From Lama guanicoe (Eukaryota), in contig MU054187.1 of the NCBI GenBank assembly GCA_013239625.1, positions 4,661,757-4,725,756 on the forward strand: a stretch of 64,000 nucleotides of DNA, written 5' to 3'. Positions 60,970-64,000 of the stretch are shown here, piece after piece; position 1 is the stretch's first letter, and each line of letters opens with the position of its first letter. The translations under genes were made by a program, and so were the position numbers. Below the pieces are notes generated by a model that ran no database searches, was not told the DNA's origin, and saw only the letters and a list, made by a program, of their open reading frames with translations.

Positions 60970-61880
60970 CTTAGTGACTGAGCACCATTTTGTGCCAAGA
61001 ACTCTTCAAAGAAGGTATTCTGTGGACAAGCATGAATAGGATGGACAGATTCCCTGCTCTAATGAAGACACTATTTCAGTAGAGAGGCAGATAATAATAT
61101 ATGACTCATGAATAAAAGAAAACAAGGTGTGGCGAGCTATTGGGGGGTGAAGGAGACTGAAGATACGGTGACCAGGGAAGGGCTCTCCGAGGAGGTAGGA
61201 GGTGACATTTAAGATCTGAATGACAAAAAGAGATTAGCCAAGTAGAAACCAGAAGGAAGAGAAAACTCCAGGAAGAGAGAGCACCAAATGCAGAAGTCCT
61301 GAGATAAGGATGAACTTGGGATATCTAAGAACAAGAAGGAGGCAGAATAGATCAGATCAGAGTGAAGAAGGGGAAGCTTGGCTAAGACGTAAGACCAAAT
61401 GGTTGGCAAGAGCTAATTCAGATATAGGGAGTAGGGAGAGAGACTTTGGAAGGCAACAGATCAAAATGCTGTCTTCAGCTATGCAGACCGCCATGCTGTC
61501 AGATCAAGAATTGAACTTGAGCCCAAAGCTAGGGAGAAAAGTCAGGGGTGGAAATAGAAATCTCAAGTCCTCGGCATTTGGGTGGCATTTAAAGCCCACA
61601 GACCTTATAAGATCACCTAGGGAGACAACAGAGCCCAAAGAAAGAAAGTGTCCAACATCCAGCCTCAGAGAAGCCCGCTTCTTGAGGAGCATCAGAGACA
61701 GGTGCAGAGGAGGTGGGTGAGGAAGAACCAGGGCGAAAAGCAGGAAACCACGGTGTCACGGGAAGAGGAGGATGCAGCTGAAAAAAGATGAGAGATTATC
61801 TGCATCACATGCTACTTTGAGGCCAAGGAAGATGACAAAGAAATGACCTCTGCACTTGACAACACGGAGGTAGTCGGTGA
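60970..61880 (-). mobile_element. L2 remnant upstream of CYP7A1
   Basis: actgagcaccattttgtgccaag..tccctgctctaatgaa..ggtgacatttaagatctgaatgac, typical of the antisense L2 3' region. Confidence 0.6.
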
Positions 61881-62044
61881 GTCACACAGAAACACACATG
61901 CAAAGATGGGGTTCTAGCAAAGAGTTTGCTTTTTTATAGCACTAAAAAATGGGCACTGTCCTGTGTGTGCTTCCAATGACAATACATATATAGGTATTAG
62001 ATGTGTATCTGCATAGAGATCTTCATTTTTTTTACATCAACTGC

Positions 62045-62187
62045 TTTACTTTTTTCCTTTTTTTAATTGAAATATATAGTCCATTTACAATGTGTCAATT
62101 TCCGGTGTACAGCATAATGTTTCAGTCATACATATACATGTATATATTCCATATATATTTCTTTTCATATTCTTTTTCATTATAGGT
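62045..62187 (-). mobile_element. Short L1 3'-end insertion
   Basis: ttttaattgaaatatatagtccatttacaatgtgtcaatttccggtgtacagc; approximate TSD agag(a/c)tcttcattttt. Confidence 0.75.
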
Positions 62188-64000
62188 TAGAGCTCTTCAT
62201 TTTTCGTGTGTATATAGTTTTCCACTGACTGAAGTTAGTACTATAATTTAATTAACTGATTCCTTACTGGTGGACATTTGGTTCATTTCCAGCTTTTGAC
62301 TATAGAATCCATTGCTTTATTTCATGCATTTTTGCCTCCTTAAACACAGACCACGAATGTTTTCTCATGGATGATTCATGATCATAATTAATACCAATCA
62401 CTGGATGGCAGTGCATAGATTTCTCCATCCATTTAGGGTTTTCCTAGGGCTTTGTGCACTTTACATGTATCTAGACTGGTGGGCTTCTTGAATCACTACT
62501 TCTGTTTTCTCCATGATTCCTGAAAAGCTGAACCTTCACGTGTCTGTCAGAGTAGGATGTCACCGTCGGAGAAAACGCCAACCTGATAACCAAACAAGTT
62601 AACCCTTTGGTGTCTCCTCTCAGGCAAACAAGTGAAAGCAAACGAACAAACACATGGAAAAAGGGGGGTACCTGGCACCACTAGGAGCTATCTGCAACTT
62701 CCTGTGACTCTATAATTTTGTCAAACTTAAAAGGTTTTCAAGATGGTGAAGAAGTACATTCTCAAGTCCAGGGAAACGTCCTGGAGCTCGGCCCCCGCCC
62801 CATGGCGTCTCAGAACACCACAGGCTGCTTCCAAACACAGCCATGCCCTCCCCTCTGCACCCCGGTCTCCCTCCACACTCACAGCCTCTCTGCTGTACAA
62901 CGGAAGCCCAGGAAACACACACACCCGCGTTTCTGTCGCGGGCTGAGGAAAAGCAGAGGCTTGAGCATCCGTATTTTCCTCATTTACATACGGTTTTTGT
63001 CTTCCTCCCGAGGATGTCACTTCTTCCTGCTGTCACGTGTCCTCCCACCGATGTCACACCCCCGATGCGCTGCCTCCGCTCTGGGGAGTGGGGATTCAGA
63101 CGCCTGTTACAGTTGTCAAAACTATTAATAGGCTGAAAGGAAGTTCCTACAAGGCTTTCTGATGAGTCAAGTGCATAGAGTTTCCTGTGCGGATTTTATG
63201 ACGTTTCCATGTGTTCAGCACAGCGATCAGAGGGTTGGGAAATAAATACACGCTAGCTGAGTTGGAAAGCTGTTTGGTGCTTTTTTCATTCTCTGCTATG
63301 TTTCAAACTGTGAAGTGTCATCCCCCCTCCCCCCCCGCACCCACACACATGCTAAGCACCTACTGTGTGTCAGGCACTGCGTCAACGCTGGGAACACAGC
63401 GGTAAACGAGGAAGCAGTGAGCTCTGGCCTGTGGGGTTTCCACGGCAGCAGGACCTAGAGTCAACGCCCTGATGCAGGAAGGAGTGTGTTTCGTCGCCAG
63501 AAGGTCTGGAGTGGAACGAGCTTGTCTAAGCGGTCTGATCCATCCACGGCCTGCCAGTTCCCTCTTTACTTGGAGAGCAGCGGCGGGAACACACTGACGT
63601 GCAGAGGAAAGACTGTTCTGGACCTCAGAGAATATAGGACCAAGTCCAACACTCCATCCCCGTGAACAGATGTGTGCAAAACACGGAAACGCAAACCAGA
63701 GGAACAGAGAGCCGAAAGCACAAGTGAAGCCATGGCTTATGTAACCTGTTGGTTAAGAAATGCTGCAAGCCAGCTTCACAGAGCTCACCCTGCAGGGTGG
63801 CCGCCCGAAATAAAATGAGCTGTGAGTATGGTCACACTCCAGAGCCAAAGCAGTTCTCTTCCTGAATTCACAAGTCACACCAACTCGGCGGTGGCACGTG
63901 GGTGACCTCGATCGGTACAAAACCTCGCACTTGCCCGTCAGGTCCCTAATTCAGGGCAAGTCAGCGGGAGAACCAAGGGGACTAATCTGGGGCTTTCATA

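Overview
Mammalian genomic DNA, most likely a camelid (camel, alpaca or llama). This is inferred from tRNA-derived SINEs resembling the camelid Vic-1/SINE_Vpa family and from an artiodactyl-type 501-aa CYP7A1. The window holds two complete, convergently transcribed genes, both reconstructed by hand with GT-AG junctions and continuous frames. UBXN2B (p37, a p97/VCP cofactor) lies on the + strand: CpG-island promoter, 8 coding exons at 6125-23727, 334 aa, probable poly(A) signal at 27603. CYP7A1 (cholesterol 7-alpha-hydroxylase) lies on the - strand: 6 coding exons at 60108-52871, 501 aa, with TATA, FOXA and BARE-II promoter elements. The rest is intronic or intergenic and rich in L1, L2, MIR, SINE, LTR and DNA-transposon remnants. 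Apart from ORFs overlapping real exons or Tigger1, the supplied ORFs look like noise. I see no new protein-coding system. The best leads are regulatory: a young solo LTR with a periodic CCAAT/octamer array aimed antisense at UBXN2B; a CYP7A1 promoter whose LXR DR4 element appears broken; a cluster of NR5A (LRH-1)-type sites downstream of CYP7A1; and an RFX X-box in the UBXN2B promoter. Repeat family names and cross-species comparisons come from recalled sequences, not database searches.
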